Shown here in pieces: positions 1 to 14,285 of a stretch of 64,000 nucleotides of DNA. The notes beneath the pieces were generated by a model. It made no database searches and had not been told where the DNA came from. It saw nothing but the letters and a program-made list of their open reading frames with translations. The position numbers and the translations under genes are program-made. The stretch covers positions 681,727 to 745,726 of the forward strand of contig BCKZ01000005.1 in the NCBI GenBank assembly GCA_001600815.1, written 5' to 3'. How positions within the stretch are numbered: position 1 is the first letter of the stretch; the number at the start of each line of letters is the position of its first letter. The stretch comes from Alloascoidea hylecoeti. Lineage: Eukaryota.

Positions 1-1021
1 CTTTATGTCTGTCCATTATTATGTTTATTATATTCCTGTCAATATATGGATAAAACAACAACATCGTATGCAGCAATTATGGGATTAAGAACTGATTTGA
101 AAATGGTAGGTGAAGATTATTCTTGGACAGGAAGNNNNNNNNNNNNNNNNNNNNNNNNNNNNNNNNNNNNNNNNNNNNNNNNNNNNNNNNNNNNNNNNNN
201 NNNNNNNNNNNNNNNNNNNNNNNNNNNNNNNNNNNNNNNNNNNNNNNNNNNNNNNNNNNNNNNNNNNNNNNNNNNNNNNNNNNNNNNNNNNNNNNNNNNN
301 NNNNNNNNNNNNNNNNNNNNNNNNNNNNNNNNNNNNNNNNNNNNNNNNNNNNNNNNNNNNNNNNNNNNNNNNNNNNNNNNNNNNNNNNNNNNNNNNNNNN
401 NNNNNNNNNNNNNNNNNNNNNNNNNNNNNNNNNNNNNNNNNNNNNNNNNNNNNNNNNNNNNNNNNNNNNNNNNNNNNNNNNNNNNNNNNNNNNNNNNNNN
501 NNNNNNNNNNNNNNNNNNNNNNNNNNNNNNNNNNNNNNNNNNNNNNNNNNNNNNNNNNNNNNNNNNNNNNNNNNNNNNNNNNNNNNNNNNNNNNNNNNNN
601 NNNNNNNNNNNNNNNNNNNNNNNNNNNNNNNNNNNNNNNNNNNNNNNNNNNNNNNNNNNNNNNNNNNNNNNNNNNNNNNNNNNNNNNNNNNNNNNNNNNN
701 NNNNNNNNNNNNNNNNNNNNNNNNNNNNNNNNNNNNNNNNNNNNNNNNNNNNNNNNNNNNNNNNNNNNNNNNNNNNNNNNNNNNNNNNNNNNNNNNNNNN
801 NNNNNNNNNNNNNNNNNNNAGCTAAAATTGCAATGATTGTTGGAAATTGTGTTGCTACAGGTTGTATAATGGCGTTGTATTTTTTGAATTGGAAAGACAA
901 TAAGAGACGAGATAAAGAAGAAGAGAGATTAGTTAAGGAGTCTCATTTGGATGAAGTTGAGAATATTGAATTTGCAGATTTAACTGACTTTGAGAATCCA
1001 TACTTTAGATATATTCTTTGA
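1..1021 (+). CDS. Allantoate/ureidosuccinate permease family MFS transporter (DAL5-like). 5' end outside the window; middle lost in the N gap 135-819.
   Basis: Frame 1 reads LYVCPLLCLLYSCQYMDKTTTSYAAIMGLRTDLKMVGEDYSWTG. The C-terminus is ENIEFADLTDFENPYFRYIL*. Both are typical of the Dal5 family. The frames differ across the gap, so the gap length is only an estimate. Confidence 0.85.
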
Positions 1022-1410
1022 ATATCCATAGTATAGGAACTCGATATTAAACTTATTTACTGACTATGGAAATAGTTCGTAACTATAGTTATAGTTAAAT
1101 GATTAATTGCGATACTGTCTAATAAAAATATCTATACGTACACTAGCGCTCTAAGGAAGTATGCACATACCAATATATGCCATGATTAAGCAATCCAACT
1201 ATATAATAGAACTACTATAGCTATAAGTTACTATGATAATACAAAATTAATGAAGAATGAAATCATGACTATTATCTATAGCTTCTAGCGTGTCAAATTA
1301 ATTTTTACAAATCTTATTTTGAAACCGGATCAAAATCTATTCTATTTTGCCAACAAAATACTAGTAAAAACAGAATCTTCAACATTATATATAGCAAATT
1401 AATTTATAAA

Positions 1411-4400
1411 CTATCTTCTACTAGGGGGAATATATCTACCAGGTGTTTTCTTTGGTGAAGTATTTGCTGGTGGAGTGTCTTGTTTGATGGGAGGCGTCTG
1501 TCTTGTAGTCTCACTTCGTGTGCCACTATTTGATAAGCTACTACCTCTTCTATCAGATGAACTTGTAGTCCTTGGAAAATCCCTGGTTGACGCGCTTGAA
1601 CGTGAACCGCCTCTGGCCCATTTAGATACACCAGAAGAGGGGCTTGGAGCAGGAGCAGGAGTATGAGAACTATTGGATAATGGAGATCGTGTTTCGGCCT
1701 GTCGTCGAGGGGGTTGATACCTCTTCTTTTTCTCTTCAGATGCCACTCTTTCAAGTTCAGCAATTCTTTCAGCTTCTTTCTTTGCTTCCTCATCACGCTG
1801 TCTCTGGATTTCAGCTAGCTTAGCAAGACTTTCCTTCTTCTTTCTAGCAACTTCTTCAGATGCTTGCTTCTTACGTTCCTCCTCTTCCTTTGCTTTAAGT
1901 TCAACTTCACGTCTAGCCTTAAATTCTTTAATGAATTCCTCTCTTCTTTTCTGTATTTCGCTATCAATTTTCTGCTGTGCCTCCCTTCTTAAAGCTGTAA
2001 TAGATTCGTTATGTTCCTGCTCAATTTTCTCGACATACTGTTTGAAATCAGGAACAACACGAGCCAATCTCTTTCTGAGTTTTTGTCTTTCTTCAAAAGC
2101 ATGCTTAGCTTTAGCTCTAAGTTGTGTCGTTTTATTCTTATAAATCTCCAAGTTCTGTTCCTTCTGCTTAATTGCCTCTTGTTCCAATAATGGAATTTCT
2201 GATCTACGGAAAGCACGTTCCAAGTGATCAGTACGTTTACCTGTAATTCTTAATCTTTCATTTAATGTCTTCTTATCCTTTGCTAATTGCTCAATTTGCA
2301 TCTTCTTCAATTTATCCGAATCTAAATCTTCAATATTTTCCATATCAACTTTAATAATTCCTTTAGCATTAATATCATTTATCAACTTCTCAGCTTCTTT
2401 TTTTCTAATGGCTTGTCTTTCTCTCTTAATTCTATCCAATTCACTCTTCTTGGCGGCTTCAATAATTCTTTGTTGCTCAGCAGCTTGCTCTTGTTGAATC
2501 TTCAATGCATACGCTTTAGCAGCTTCTTCCTCCTTCTTCTTCTTAGCAATCTCTTCTTCTTTCTTTCTAGCATCTATTGCCGCACGACGTTTGGCAATTA
2601 CTTCTCTTTGAAGAGAAATACCATGAGATGCTTGAACTAATGCTTTAGAAAGTTGATCATTATAACTATCCTTATAGGAGATATGACGAACTGCAGCTAA
2701 TAAGGTATTACCAGTATTCTTTAAATGAGAGTTAATAATTTCAGAGGGAGTAGCTTGTAATGAAACAGTAGATTTGGAAGATGTGACATTTTTTTCCTGA
2801 AATGGATCGCTCGTAAATGTAATTGATCTATTATCATGATCAATGCGAAGTGATAATTCACCTTTCTTGCAAGCCTTAACAATAAAATGTTCAATTTCTA
2901 AAGTCGAAAGTTTAAATGGTTCAGGTAAAACAGCAAGATTAATAGCAAAGTCTAATTTAACAGTTTTATAAACTTGACCTAATTGTTGCAATAATCTAGT
3001 GAGAATGACTTCGGTAAGTGGCTTAAAGTATGGTTTTAAATCAGCATCATCAGCAATTTCTTTAAAGATTGGAATTGCTTTATCTCTTATACTTAAAGGA
3101 TGGAAATCAACCTCCAAGATTTTATAAAGTTTTTTAATTGCTGGTTTCACATAAGTAAGAACATTTGTAATTAAGGCTGATTCAATTAAAGAATCTCTTG
3201 TTGGTATAGAGCTTAAATTCATCAAACTTGAAAGTTTAGCATTCTTGTATTTTTGATCATCAGCACCTAATAAAATTGATCCACCATTGGTACCGTGTTG
3301 GGTTAAGTTTGGAATAGATAGGGCAGATAAGAGAACAAAAGAAGCAATTTTGCTCAAATTTTGCTCTGTAGCATTTGGAGAGTGACTAAACAATTGAAAA
3401 TAACGACTCCAAGCAGCAGCATGAAACAAATAATTATCAGATACCAAAAAGATACGAGCCAAGTTTTCATAATAATTGACCATCATTGATGGTTTTGCAA
3501 CACGTTTTGATACAGTTAATAAAGTATGAACATCCTCAACCGATCTGAAAGCTTCTTGCCATAATTCTAATTTAACAGAAAAATTCAATTGCGAAAATCG
3601 TGTACCTAAATATCTTTGTAGAGTATTTGGATCATTTAAATCAATTAAATTTAGGTTTGCTTGTTGACCGGCAGTTGAACGTTGTTGAGTGGCATTTTGA
3701 ACATGATTTCTTAATAATTCACATAAACGACGAAACTCAGTTTTTCTACCATATTTGAAACAAAAAGAAAATGCTTTTTGGGTGATTGCATGATAAGAAA
3801 CTTCCAACTTTGAATTATTTCTCAAAATATCCAATGTTGAACGATATGCTTCCCAAAGAAATCTAATCCATGGTGCGACAAGCTCACGGTTTGTACGATC
3901 CTGGGTTTGCTCGCTAGAAACAGCAGATAAAAGAATTTCTTCTGGTGTCATTTCCAAATCTTCATCATCACCCGCAATAGTTGCATTTGCCTCTTTTGTG
4001 GCTTGTTCAAGTCTTTCTTCGGAAACTTTAATGAAGTGGTGGAGCACGGTCTCAACGGATGATAAACCAGCAGCTTGAACATTCTTCTTGTATTGATGTA
4101 AACCATCTTTGACAGTTTTACCATTACGAAGCTTTACACTAAGATCAATGAAAGTCAAGGCAATTGGCTCTAGTTGAGCAGATGTATAATTTCGAGTCCT
4201 CTTGGACGTAATAAATTCATAAAGAGTTCTTAAGGCTTCAGCATCTTTTCCGATTCCGATGAGATCATCAGCACGCTAATAAATATGTTAGAATATCGAG
4301 CAGAAAATGAGGTTTAATGCAAATAAAGGGGTCATCACATTTGGGTGATAAATCAAACAATTTCAGATTGATTCTCCTGAGTCCCTGGTGATGATCCAAA

Positions 4401-4505
4401 AAACACATATGACAAAAAAGGACAGAGCCTCACTCCTCAAGATGAAATAATATAGTAGAGGCATACCCTTTTGGCGTTCTCGGGACGCATATGTGGAGCA
4501 GCCAT
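1411..4505 (-). CDS. TIF32: Translation initiation factor eIF3 subunit a. Exon 1 4467-4505, intron 4276-4466, exon 2 1411-4275.
   Basis: Spliced N-terminus MAAPHMRPENAKR|RADDLIGIGK (GTATGC...TTCTAAC...TAG). Contains PWIRFLWEAYR, RKTEFRRLCELLR and LELWQEAFRSVED, a PCI domain and a long coiled coil. Confidence 0.96.
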
Positions 4506-6365
4506 TATCAAAACTAATGATTATCTGTCTTTAACGAAGCAAAGAAAGTTGTGAAAAATTGAAATTTTTTGATGTTGTGATGTAGATTACTTGACACTGC
4601 GTAATATTCAGCACATACCACATAGAGCCAATCACAGGTTCATACATGCCATAATAGATTTATGCATATTCCATTTTTATAAATTAATGAATATTCTGAA
4701 AATGATAGTTGTTGGGAATACTATATATGGTTTTATTTTGATTTGAATAATATATGTATTATAAACATCAAAACTCAACTCTTATTGAAAGATAACATTA
4801 TTATATCTAAGCGGTACCCAGTGTGTATACGTAGATCAAATCTAAATCTTTCAAGTGTTGCAGAGGATACTTCGATTCTACTTAGGTATAAATACTCTAT
4901 CTCTTTCGAAGTCAAAACGTATTGGTGACCCATCTCAATGAATTCCATGTTGTTTGGAAGATATTGGACCCGGATTAAAATTAAGTAGGGTCAACAAATA
5001 TTTCAGGAAATGCAGGAACTATGTTTAAAGATCATTTAGACTAAATGAAACGCAAAAGGAGTGGTGGGTGAGTCTCTCAAAAAGAATTTCAAGGCTAACA
5101 TTAGATACGATGGTTTAGTATTTATTTAAGCTGACTTACCTGAATCTTTAGTATTCCTAGAGCTTCAAGTCGTTCCTACTATAAGTTATACCGATTCAAT
5201 ATAGTGTCATCAATTACAATCAAGTTAAAGTGTCGCCACAAGCAAAAACCATATGCAATATTGATAGTTTGGATATTAATTTCTCTGGATACATGACTAG
5301 TAGTAAAGCTAGTGGTACCTATATTGTAAAAGCAAACGTAATGAAAAAAAAATCTAATAAAAATTACAATGTCATTAGTATGATGTAACTCTCAAAAACA
5401 TGATAATACAATCTAATCATAGTGATATTAAGATAATTGAAAGTTGGTCAACCACCCTACTATGTAATACATATAATTATAGGACCTGTGAGCGTGTGAA
5501 TTTATTGAAGATTATGGATCTCTTTGGTGGCATATCTTCATTACGACATTAAATACTTATACGCCAGCACTCGTATAATTGACATCCGACTGCATAACTT
5601 GGTATTTCCAAGAGATCAGATATCTAGGCATGGAATTTCTAGGCAGGGTGCAACTAAACCGATTGAATAATATTGCTATTGAGTACTAAGGAGTCACTGA
5701 AGAGACTGACAAACAAAATTTGAAGTGGTTGACTGAATTTGTGGAAGAATATTCGATTTCTAAGGCTGTCACATACATGTAGAAGTTTTAGTGATGTACC
5801 TCCATGGATGATCGAATCGAAATATACCTAATATATCACCCATTTATGAAGTTGGTGGACAATTGGTATTATTTTATGTTTTAATATAACTAGTAGGGGG
5901 CATGATTAACTTTTAGCTTGATGAAATGACTGATCAAGAGTTATGAAATTTAGTATATTAAAATGGTTTCGAATCTATGACCAATTGCGATATTAATGGT
6001 AATTCTCCAGATTCTTTAACATTACTGAAATAAGTTACCTATATATATTTAACGATGATTATGAGATTAAGGAAATGTAAAGTAGTCACGATATGTTTAT
6101 TTTTAAAAATATAATTATTATAATTAATGGAAAAGTTTTCCTAATCCAAAGCCACAAGTACGATTTTCAAATGTCAATGTCAACTTTAATTAAGTAATAA
6201 ATTATGAGCTGAGCTATTCTATATGACATTTTAAACTAATAACGAATTGTTCAAATATGTTTCATACAACAAAATAAATGTGGTGAAGTGACTATATATT
6301 TAAGTTTGTGGTAATGGCTTTTGTATAACCACTTTTGGGTACGCATATAAATCTTTTAATAATTA

Positions 6366-7636
6366 TGTATATACCATAGTTATTAAAGACCGTTCTTCGT
6401 TTTTTTGTTGTTGTTTTCTTTGCATATTTGAAATTCCAACCTTGGGATTGATTCCAGCTATTATTGCAGAGGTGGTTAATAATCTGGGTGTTCATCAGCT
6501 TGTATTTAGACGTGAACTTAGATTAAGATATACTATAGCAAATGAATCAAGTGTAGTAGCTACTTCGAATTCTGGGGCTATTGATGGACGTTTAACTCCA
6601 CAAGATTCTTACAATTGGTATGGTATTGAAATTGAAGTTGGAAATCTTCTTCAAAAGGTTACTGTTCAAGTAGATACTGGCTCGTCAGATTTGTGGGCTA
6701 CTTCTAAAGAGGGTGTGGCTGGTACTTTTGACCCATCGCTATCTAGTACTTTTCAACACATTTCAGATGGATTCCATCTACAGTATGAAGATAAGTCTAC
6801 TGCAACAGCAAGTGGTTTAAAGATGATGTGTCTATTGGTGGACATACAGTTAAAGGTTTTACCTTGGGATTTTTGGTATTTCGTTTGATTGTATTTTTGC
6901 TGGCCATGGAAGTAATGAATATTTCGGTTACCGTAATTATCCACATGCTTCAGTTGACTCTGGGATTGCACAACCTGTTGCTTATTCTCTCTTTTTGAGC
7001 TCTACTAATTCCTCATCTGGAAGTCTTATCTTTGGTGGAGTTGATAGTAATTTATATACAGGAGATTTATACACTTTCCCGTTAGTTACATTTCCAGTTC
7101 CAATTTTGGCTACCTCCTTAGACAGCGTTAGTTTTGAAGGGAAAAGTGTTCTAATTAAACAAACTGCTTATTTAGATAGTGGTACTACTCTTACTTTTTT
7201 GCCAAATGCTGCTTTGTTGCCAATATTAGCAACTGTTAGATTAAAATACGTCTAAACAATATATCATAACAGAATGTGCTTTACCATCTGATCAAAGAAT
7301 TGTTGAATTTAACTTCGGATGTGTTACTATTGGAATCAAACTTTCTGAGCTTCTAATTCCAATAACATCATCAGATAGTGCGGATCCTAATAACCTTCAA
7401 TGCTATTTTGGACTTCAGCCAACAGATATTATAAGTAGTGGAACAATTCTACTGGGTTGATACCTTTTTAAAAACAGCCTATGTTGTTTTATGATATGGA
7501 CAGTCTATAGGTTTCGATTTCTCGGGCTAATCCTTCAGCAGTTGCAACCGATTCCGATAGTCAGGTTATTCCTTCAGGAACAAGTGTAGTTCTTGGAGCC
7601 AAAAAATGTCCTTCCAGTTCTTTATTTAATTTTTGA
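6366..7636 (+). pseudogene. Decayed secreted aspartic protease (pepsin/yapsin/SAP-like)
   Basis: Both catalytic motifs (VQVDTGSSDLW, AYLDSGTTLT) are present, plus AYSLFL, GSLIFGGVD and ILLG-DTFLKTAYVV. They lie in different frames. There is a stop after codon 4 (ATG TAT ATA CCA TAG) and several more frameshifts and stops. Confidence 0.88.
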
Positions 7637-10458
7637 TGCATAAATATTCGTATACAAGTATAATTTTAATATGGCAATGATAGTTTTTGATATTTCATGC
7701 ATCGATATCTATGGATTTACTATTCATAGGATGTAAATCTATTAATTGATTTGCTTTGATTTATTGTTTTCTTAATTTGTGACGTCTTATAAGGCCTTAT
7801 ATATAACTAAGCTTATATTCCATTAGATAGACGTAATTCAATCAAATGGGTATAAATCTAACTCCAAATCCGAATCTGATTCAAATTCTCTATTTGGAAA
7901 CTAGAAACAAAACACTGGGGTTAATTCTATTGATTATATTAAGAATATAAATAGAACAACCTCTATTACCGGAAACATGAATTATATCGTCATATATCAA
8001 AGGAATATTAAAAAGGAACCTTTGGATAAAATCCGGATAAATAAAGCAATAGTGCTTTATATAAATGTTTTGCAACTTCTTTATTACTTTGTTCAAATGT
8101 AGCTTCCACATATTTTATCACCTAAAAAGCTTTCTAGAATCCATTTTGCAATAGAAAGGCAGTTGACTTTTAGTACTGGTATCGCACATGTACAGTTCCA
8201 TAAACATAAGCAAGCAGTTAACCTGATTCATTATAAGTATATGTTGGCAGTCTCAACTAATGTTTGTAAAGCGATGACTTGAATTCATGGTATGTATGTT
8301 ACCCGGATTGTTGGAAGTCCTTACACCAACATTGTTTCGTATTAGATGATTTCCTTATGAACACTCAAGACTTTATACGGTATACACTTTTTTTTATAAA
8401 AGAAAACGATTATCGTTATAATTGAGGAATGTTAGCAGATTTATAAGTATATGAACTGAGCTTTCGAATTCTATCTTCTTTAGATGATATCATTTGTATT
8501 AGTTTTGAGTTAATTTACATTCGTTGGATTCTGAAATATAAAGACTAATTAACTCCCATTGCAAATCAATCACTGATTATTGTGTTGAGACATGACTAGG
8601 GAATATATTCTACGAAGAAATCCATAACTATCATAGATATGGTCACTAAATATTCACCTATTGGTTCACCAATTATTTTCTGGTGTCTTGGTTAAATAGG
8701 GTTCAAGAAAATCGGCAATTGCAAGGACCTGTGCTTATCTTCATGGTCCAGAAGTTGCAATTAATGGTTTGCCAATTTCTTGTAATTGATAATAACAAAT
8801 AATTTCAATATTAAAATAAGTTTTCATTGTCACAAAATAGAATGAGGTAACCGATAATTTGTAATTAGCATGGCTGAAATTAAGTAGAATGAATTTAAAT
8901 ACATTGGATTGACTAAGCCTTCTCTTGATTTCTCGTTTTAGGAGCCATTTTTAGATATAGCTTCTTTCAATAGGATTCGAAAATGAGCTCAAAATATTAC
9001 ATGTAGATTCAAGCTTTAAATTTTGTCGAATATTTATTTCGAAAATTCACTGTGACGAGGCCCCGCGTTGGGGCTGATAATGTTTCATTTTTGGTACGAA
9101 TAATACGTTTCCATATTAATCAAAATACTTGTTAAAGTGTTCTATAATTCCGAATGAGAGTTAACGGTCAAAGGGAGTGTGGGGCCCGTTTCAATTGCAA
9201 AGGTCTTAACGGAGGGGTTCATTAAAGACTTGACCCGATTATGGACTCCGCAAAGCTCTCAATTATAATAATACATGGTGATGAATTCGGTGGAATTGGA
9301 AATATTTTCGCAAAAGTATGATATCATTATTTACATGAGCTGTAGCTGGTGTTTTATAGGTCAATCGAATTCTCAATATTAGTGTTCGAGGGATTAATGT
9401 CAATATTTAAAATATATTTAAATGTGATCAACCAGGTTATTATTCCCTATGATTATAGTGGGTTAGTGGGTATTACTGGTATATGTAAACTATAAAACGT
9501 TAAGCGCTAAATATATGTTATGACATAAGATATGAACATGAAAATCCGTCATCATGCTCATACGAATAAATCACTACAAAATGGGTACTTCGCAAATATC
9601 GCTAGTCATTATGTAATAGGTAACACAATTCCTTATACCAAATATAATTATAATTATAACTATTATTTGAAACTACAAAATAGAAACAAAATTATTTGAT
9701 TTCATATGAAAAAAATAGAAAATAAAAAAAGAATTTTAAAGGCATAATCTCCATTCTTCAAAATAAAAATAACTCACACACAATATATCATTGTCACTGA
9801 CCGTTCGAAGACTTTGAGCAACAGCAGGGATGATTGAAAAAGCATCATATGAATGATCACGGTTTAAGAAATTGTCGTGAATGACTGTGCTAAACATCGA
9901 TCGAAGTACGAATAACACCGGTTGAACAAGAGGAACTCAAGGTTATTTCAACTATAAGTTTAAGTTTACTATACGGGTGAACTTAATGTTAATAACTATT
10001 AAAATAAACAGAAGGAGGTGCATTATATAATATTGTCTCTGAATATCCTTATTAATGCCACCAATGGTGGTATGCCTATTATAAGGAGGATATATAGCGT
10101 TTATTGGTGTTTCAAGTGGTAATGGTTCATGTATAGTGTTCATTTTGAATACTTGTCAAGAAGTCTTTCAGGATATATCACTATATATATAAATATATCA
10201 ATAGATATATCTAAACTACTGCAAATATATCATTTGATCAGAAGTTCAAGTTAGCCAAGAAAATTAAGTAATCGCGGCGGAATTATAATAGAATTAAACC
10301 CCTCTTAAACAGTATCAATTGAGAACGGTTTTAAAGTGAAATTAAAATTACATTGTTGACTAAGATTACTAAGATCTGGATCCTTTATAAACTATATATT
10401 TAACCGGTCTCCGCCTACCCCAGATTTTATCCTCCTTCCAATTCTATTTATACCAGCA

Positions 10459-11961
10459 ATGAAACAACAATACACCGTCGACCAGCATGATATTTCGAAC
10501 GTAACAAGCATCAAAATAAAAGATCTAAGTACTATTCCTTCAAAAAAGATAAATAAATCAGATTTAGAGTCTTATTTTAAAGACTTGGAAAGAAAGTCGA
10601 TATTTGATTTTTCTTCTCCTTATCCACCGAATTATAATGATTTATCACCAACTACAAAAACCTTTGCATTAAATCCAATAATTGAAAGATCTGAACAAGG
10701 AAATGAAATTTTACCACCTTATTCACAAACTTTATTTAAAACGGGTATACTTGATTTAAAAGTTGAATTAATAAGTCCTTTTGTACAAAGTAGTAATCGA
10801 AGTTGGAAAAAAGTTTATATTGAATTAAATAATACTCAACTAAATGTTTATTCAATTAAGAGTACTAATACAAATTGCAATAATAAATTAAAGGAATTAT
10901 TTAAAGATGATTATTATAGAAATCAACTTAAATCAGCTGAAAAAATTGAAAGACAAAAATTAAAGGAAAAAAGACGAGAAAGATTAAGATCAAATAGTCT
11001 TACATCATTTTCTTCAGATGTAGATTTAAGTTTTGATCAACAATCAATATCTTCATCTTCATCTATAAACACATCTTTCTATAATTCACCCGATCGCGAT
11101 TTATTTTTTCCTTTTCAAAATTCAAATTCATTATTTAAAGAGTCATTTAATTTCAAAGATCAATTAGATTCATCCTCATTAATCCCAACCCTCTCATTAA
11201 AAAAAGGAAAATTATTAAAATCATATACATTACAAATGTTAAATATTGGTATTGCAAAAGATTATAAAAAGAAACCTTATGTTTTAAGATTAAGAATTGA
11301 AAATGAACAAGTTTTATTACGATGTTTATCAATTAAAGATATGATCAATTGGTATGTGGATTTAAGTACTGGCGCTGATATTTCTTTACCACTAGAATTA
11401 CGACAATTTCCACAATTAAAAACTGTACCAACTGGATTTCAAACTTTTATAAGACAAAATTGGGAAACCAATCATGATAATGAAATAGCAACAAATTTGA
11501 GTGATTCAGGCTCATCAATAACATCACAACATTTATTTAGCGATAATGAATGTTTATCATCAAGCTCTTCATTAACAAGATCTTCTTCATATGAAAATGA
11601 TGTAAAACTTCCATTACCTCAACCAAATAGTACGTTCACTACTAATTGTGATCAAGAAACTTTAAATTATTTATATGAAAAGCAAGAAGAAGAATCATTA
11701 TTTTATTTTAGAAAATGTATGAAGTCTCTTGTATCAAAGGAAAAATGGAGAGGTAATACATTAATAATGACTGAAAGATTATCACCAAATTTAGATAATG
11801 ATAATAGTGAAACAATGATAAATTCAAGGAAAAGTAAAAGAAGTAGTATTTTATTACAACTGAAAAGCCCAACTTCAACTTCAAACTTATTTTCAAAACA
11901 ACAAATTGGGTCCTGTCGAGGATATCTCGTAGGAAATGAACATTTAATGAATGTCATATAA
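10459..11961 (+). CDS. Split PH-domain protein of the yeast YHR131C/YNL144C type
   Basis: Open 500-aa ORF with LPPYS..KTGILDLKVELISPF..NRSWKKVYIELNNTQLNVY and LKSYTLQ..IGIAKDYKKKPYVLRLRIENEQVLL. Confidence 0.8.
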   Translation: MKQQYTVDQHDISNVTSIKIKDLSTIPSKKINKSDLESYFKDLERKSIFDFSSPYPPNYNDLSPTTKTFALNPIIERSEQGNEILPPYSQTLFKTGILDLKVELISPFVQSSNRSWKKVYIELNNTQLNVYSIKSTNTNCNNKLKELFKDDYYRNQLKSAEKIERQKLKEKRRERLRSNSLTSFSSDVDLSFDQQSISSSSSINTSFYNSPDRDLFFPFQNSNSLFKESFNFKDQLDSSSLIPTLSLKKGKLLKSYTLQMLNIGIAKDYKKKPYVLRLRIENEQVLLRCLSIKDMINWYVDLSTGADISLPLELRQFPQLKTVPTGFQTFIRQNWETNHDNEIATNLSDSGSSITSQHLFSDNECLSSSSSLTRSSSYENDVKLPLPQPNSTFTTNCDQETLNYLYEKQEEESLFYFRKCMKSLVSKEKWRGNTLIMTERLSPNLDNDNSETMINSRKSKRSSILLQLKSPTSTSNLFSKQQIGSCRGYLVGNEHLMNVI

Positions 11962-14255
11962 TATAGATTTATATGGTTGAGTTCAATTTTCCATTATTTA
12001 TTCAATTTATTCTGATTCCAAATCTAGCTTAGATGTGTTATATATTTTATTTGTGCTTGATATTCAGTTAAATCCTTAATGTTCTTTTTTTGCACATCCA
12101 TAATTATAACCGGCGCTATAGCTGAAGACTTAATAATTAGATCATAATTAATTACTCATTAATAGAACTTTTTTAACCCTTAAATATCAGTTATGTGTTG
12201 TAATTTATACACCATATGTACGAATTATAGACTAGTGAATATGAAGTTGTGCCATAATCCCCGTAATTGCCGCTTATGTTGTGAATATGAATCACTATTA
12301 ATTAATTAATTAATAGATCGATCGACCAATATCATGTGAGTTATCACCAATTTAGGTGTAAATTAAGGTCAATATTTGATGTGAACTAAGATCAATTGGT
12401 TTGTGTAATTATTTCATTTCAAATAACGTTCATCAAATTTACCCATTTTAGTTTAAGGAACCCCAATCCAATTGCTAGTTGCAACTTTTTCAAAATCTTT
12501 ATTAGAAGAGAAGCGCCAGGAAGAATGTAGGTAAAAGTTGGCAACAATACAATTAGTCAATTGATACAAGACTATAGACTCTATAGTTATTGAACAAGTC
12601 GATATTCTAACACTTGCCCAAGAATTGATTATGCATACGTATACGGATTTAGAAAGAGTACTAATTAATGACATTCATAATATCCTTCAAATATACTATT
12701 GTAAGAATAAAATGATAGTAAATTTAATCTGAATTTCTGGTGCTTTGACACCAGTTGAACCCAGAATGTATTAAGATCAAGTGTATTTGGGACCTAAATT
12801 GGGAGTAGAACCATTCAAAGGGAAGCTATAGAGGAAAGTACTGATATTGGTAATCATAAGTCAGTGGTAAAAAGAATCAGTAGGAAATTAGATAATAGTA
12901 TACTATAGCTATAGCTATAATACCTAGAGATATTAGTAACCACTTACTATGGGATTAGATAGATATTACCGTGAACTTTAATATAAAAAAAGGGGCACAC
13001 GCTACTACATGGAGTGCTACAACAAAAATGAAAATACAATCAACATCTGGACAATAACCACGAACTTAACCAGAAATGAAGAATCCTCGAATGTCTATGT
13101 ATATAATCACGACTCTGTTTTGCCCTCAGCTCCAATATCAACTTGTTGTATATTAAAGATTTGTCTTGTATAGACCAAAAGTTTGGTATACTGAATTCTC
13201 TATTCAAAATGTATTAACTTGTTTAGAATAAGATATTCTGATCAAAACTATATAAACGATATATCCCGGAAGTTATGTTTGTTTTCACCCGAGGTTGAGT
13301 CGACATTATTTTTCTCAAACACGGGCGAATATATAGGTCAACAAGGCAAAGCACTAATGAAGTAACTCATTGACCAGTCTATATAATATTCTCTTCATCG
13401 TTTGTCAAAGTTTGGTATACTTCTTTAACTGCCGATGCTGATCATTTCTTCAATCCACAAGAGCTGAACAGGCAACTCGGTGTCACTCGCAATTTGACAT
13501 AATGACGTCGGACGTTTTCAACATAAAGTTGTTGCTTATACAACAGCATAACCTAATTAAATAGTATTTAAAACTAGCTACATTGGAAATTTTAACCACG
13601 GGGAAACCAACAACCCTAATTTGAAAAATCTATGTTTGTCATAGATTAATATTGCGCCACCATTTGTTAAATCAAAGGGCCATTCGAATAGAAAGCCTTG
13701 ACACAATACACATACGAATTCACATACGTATATTATATAGTTGTTCAACAATTACGTATATGTTTATGGAATTAGGAATTAATTGGCAAATTGAGATGCA
13801 AATTTCAATTACAATATAAGGACCGCTAGGTCAGCTACAGAGCTACATGGCGAGTACTGGGTTCCCTTGCAATTGAAATATAAATTGCAGTTGCCTTTTT
13901 GATGAGGCTCAATTGTAATTTACGAGATCTCAAGAGTCCTTCTTTAATGTAATGTCGGAGTCCTTTTTTTGACTCCTTTTATACCTATTGATCCAGATTC
14001 CATATAAAAGTATAAATTGCAGCAAGCAATACCCATTATTAGTGAACGGTCAGACGCTTGAGGTAATTATGCACGTAGGTAAAACTCAGTTTTCAACTTT
14101 CCGGACCACTAAGCCTAGTTTATGACTCTACGAGACTCTTTATATTCAGACAATAACCTATTCATTATCAGGGTAAAATTATTATTATTATTTCCGTTAT
14201 TTTTAGGGGTTGTGGATAAATATTAAACATTTAAACATGGTACACTGATTAAAAA

Positions 14256-14285
14256 CACGTGCGGCTGTAGAGTGAACGTGCGGCT
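14256..14285. promoter_or_regulatory. Paired Pho4-type E-boxes upstream of the SurE-like gene
   Basis: CACGTGCGG at 14256 and AACGTGCGG (reverse complement CCGCACGTT) at 14275, with TATAAA just downstream at about 14302. Confidence 0.6.

Noticed and set aside
46..1021. Four long ORFs in the ORF track spanning the N run
   Set aside because: Artefacts of the 685-N gap. Only the DAL5-like frames on either side are real.
4276..4466. Possible intronic C/D snoRNA in the 191-nt TIF32 intron
   Set aside because: On the sense strand CTGA precedes GTGATGA with no terminal D box, and I recognised no rRNA guide.
5068..5104. GTGAGT...GCTAAC...TAG mini-intron on +
   Set aside because: Only about 37 nt, shorter than every supported intron here, and no flanking ORF.
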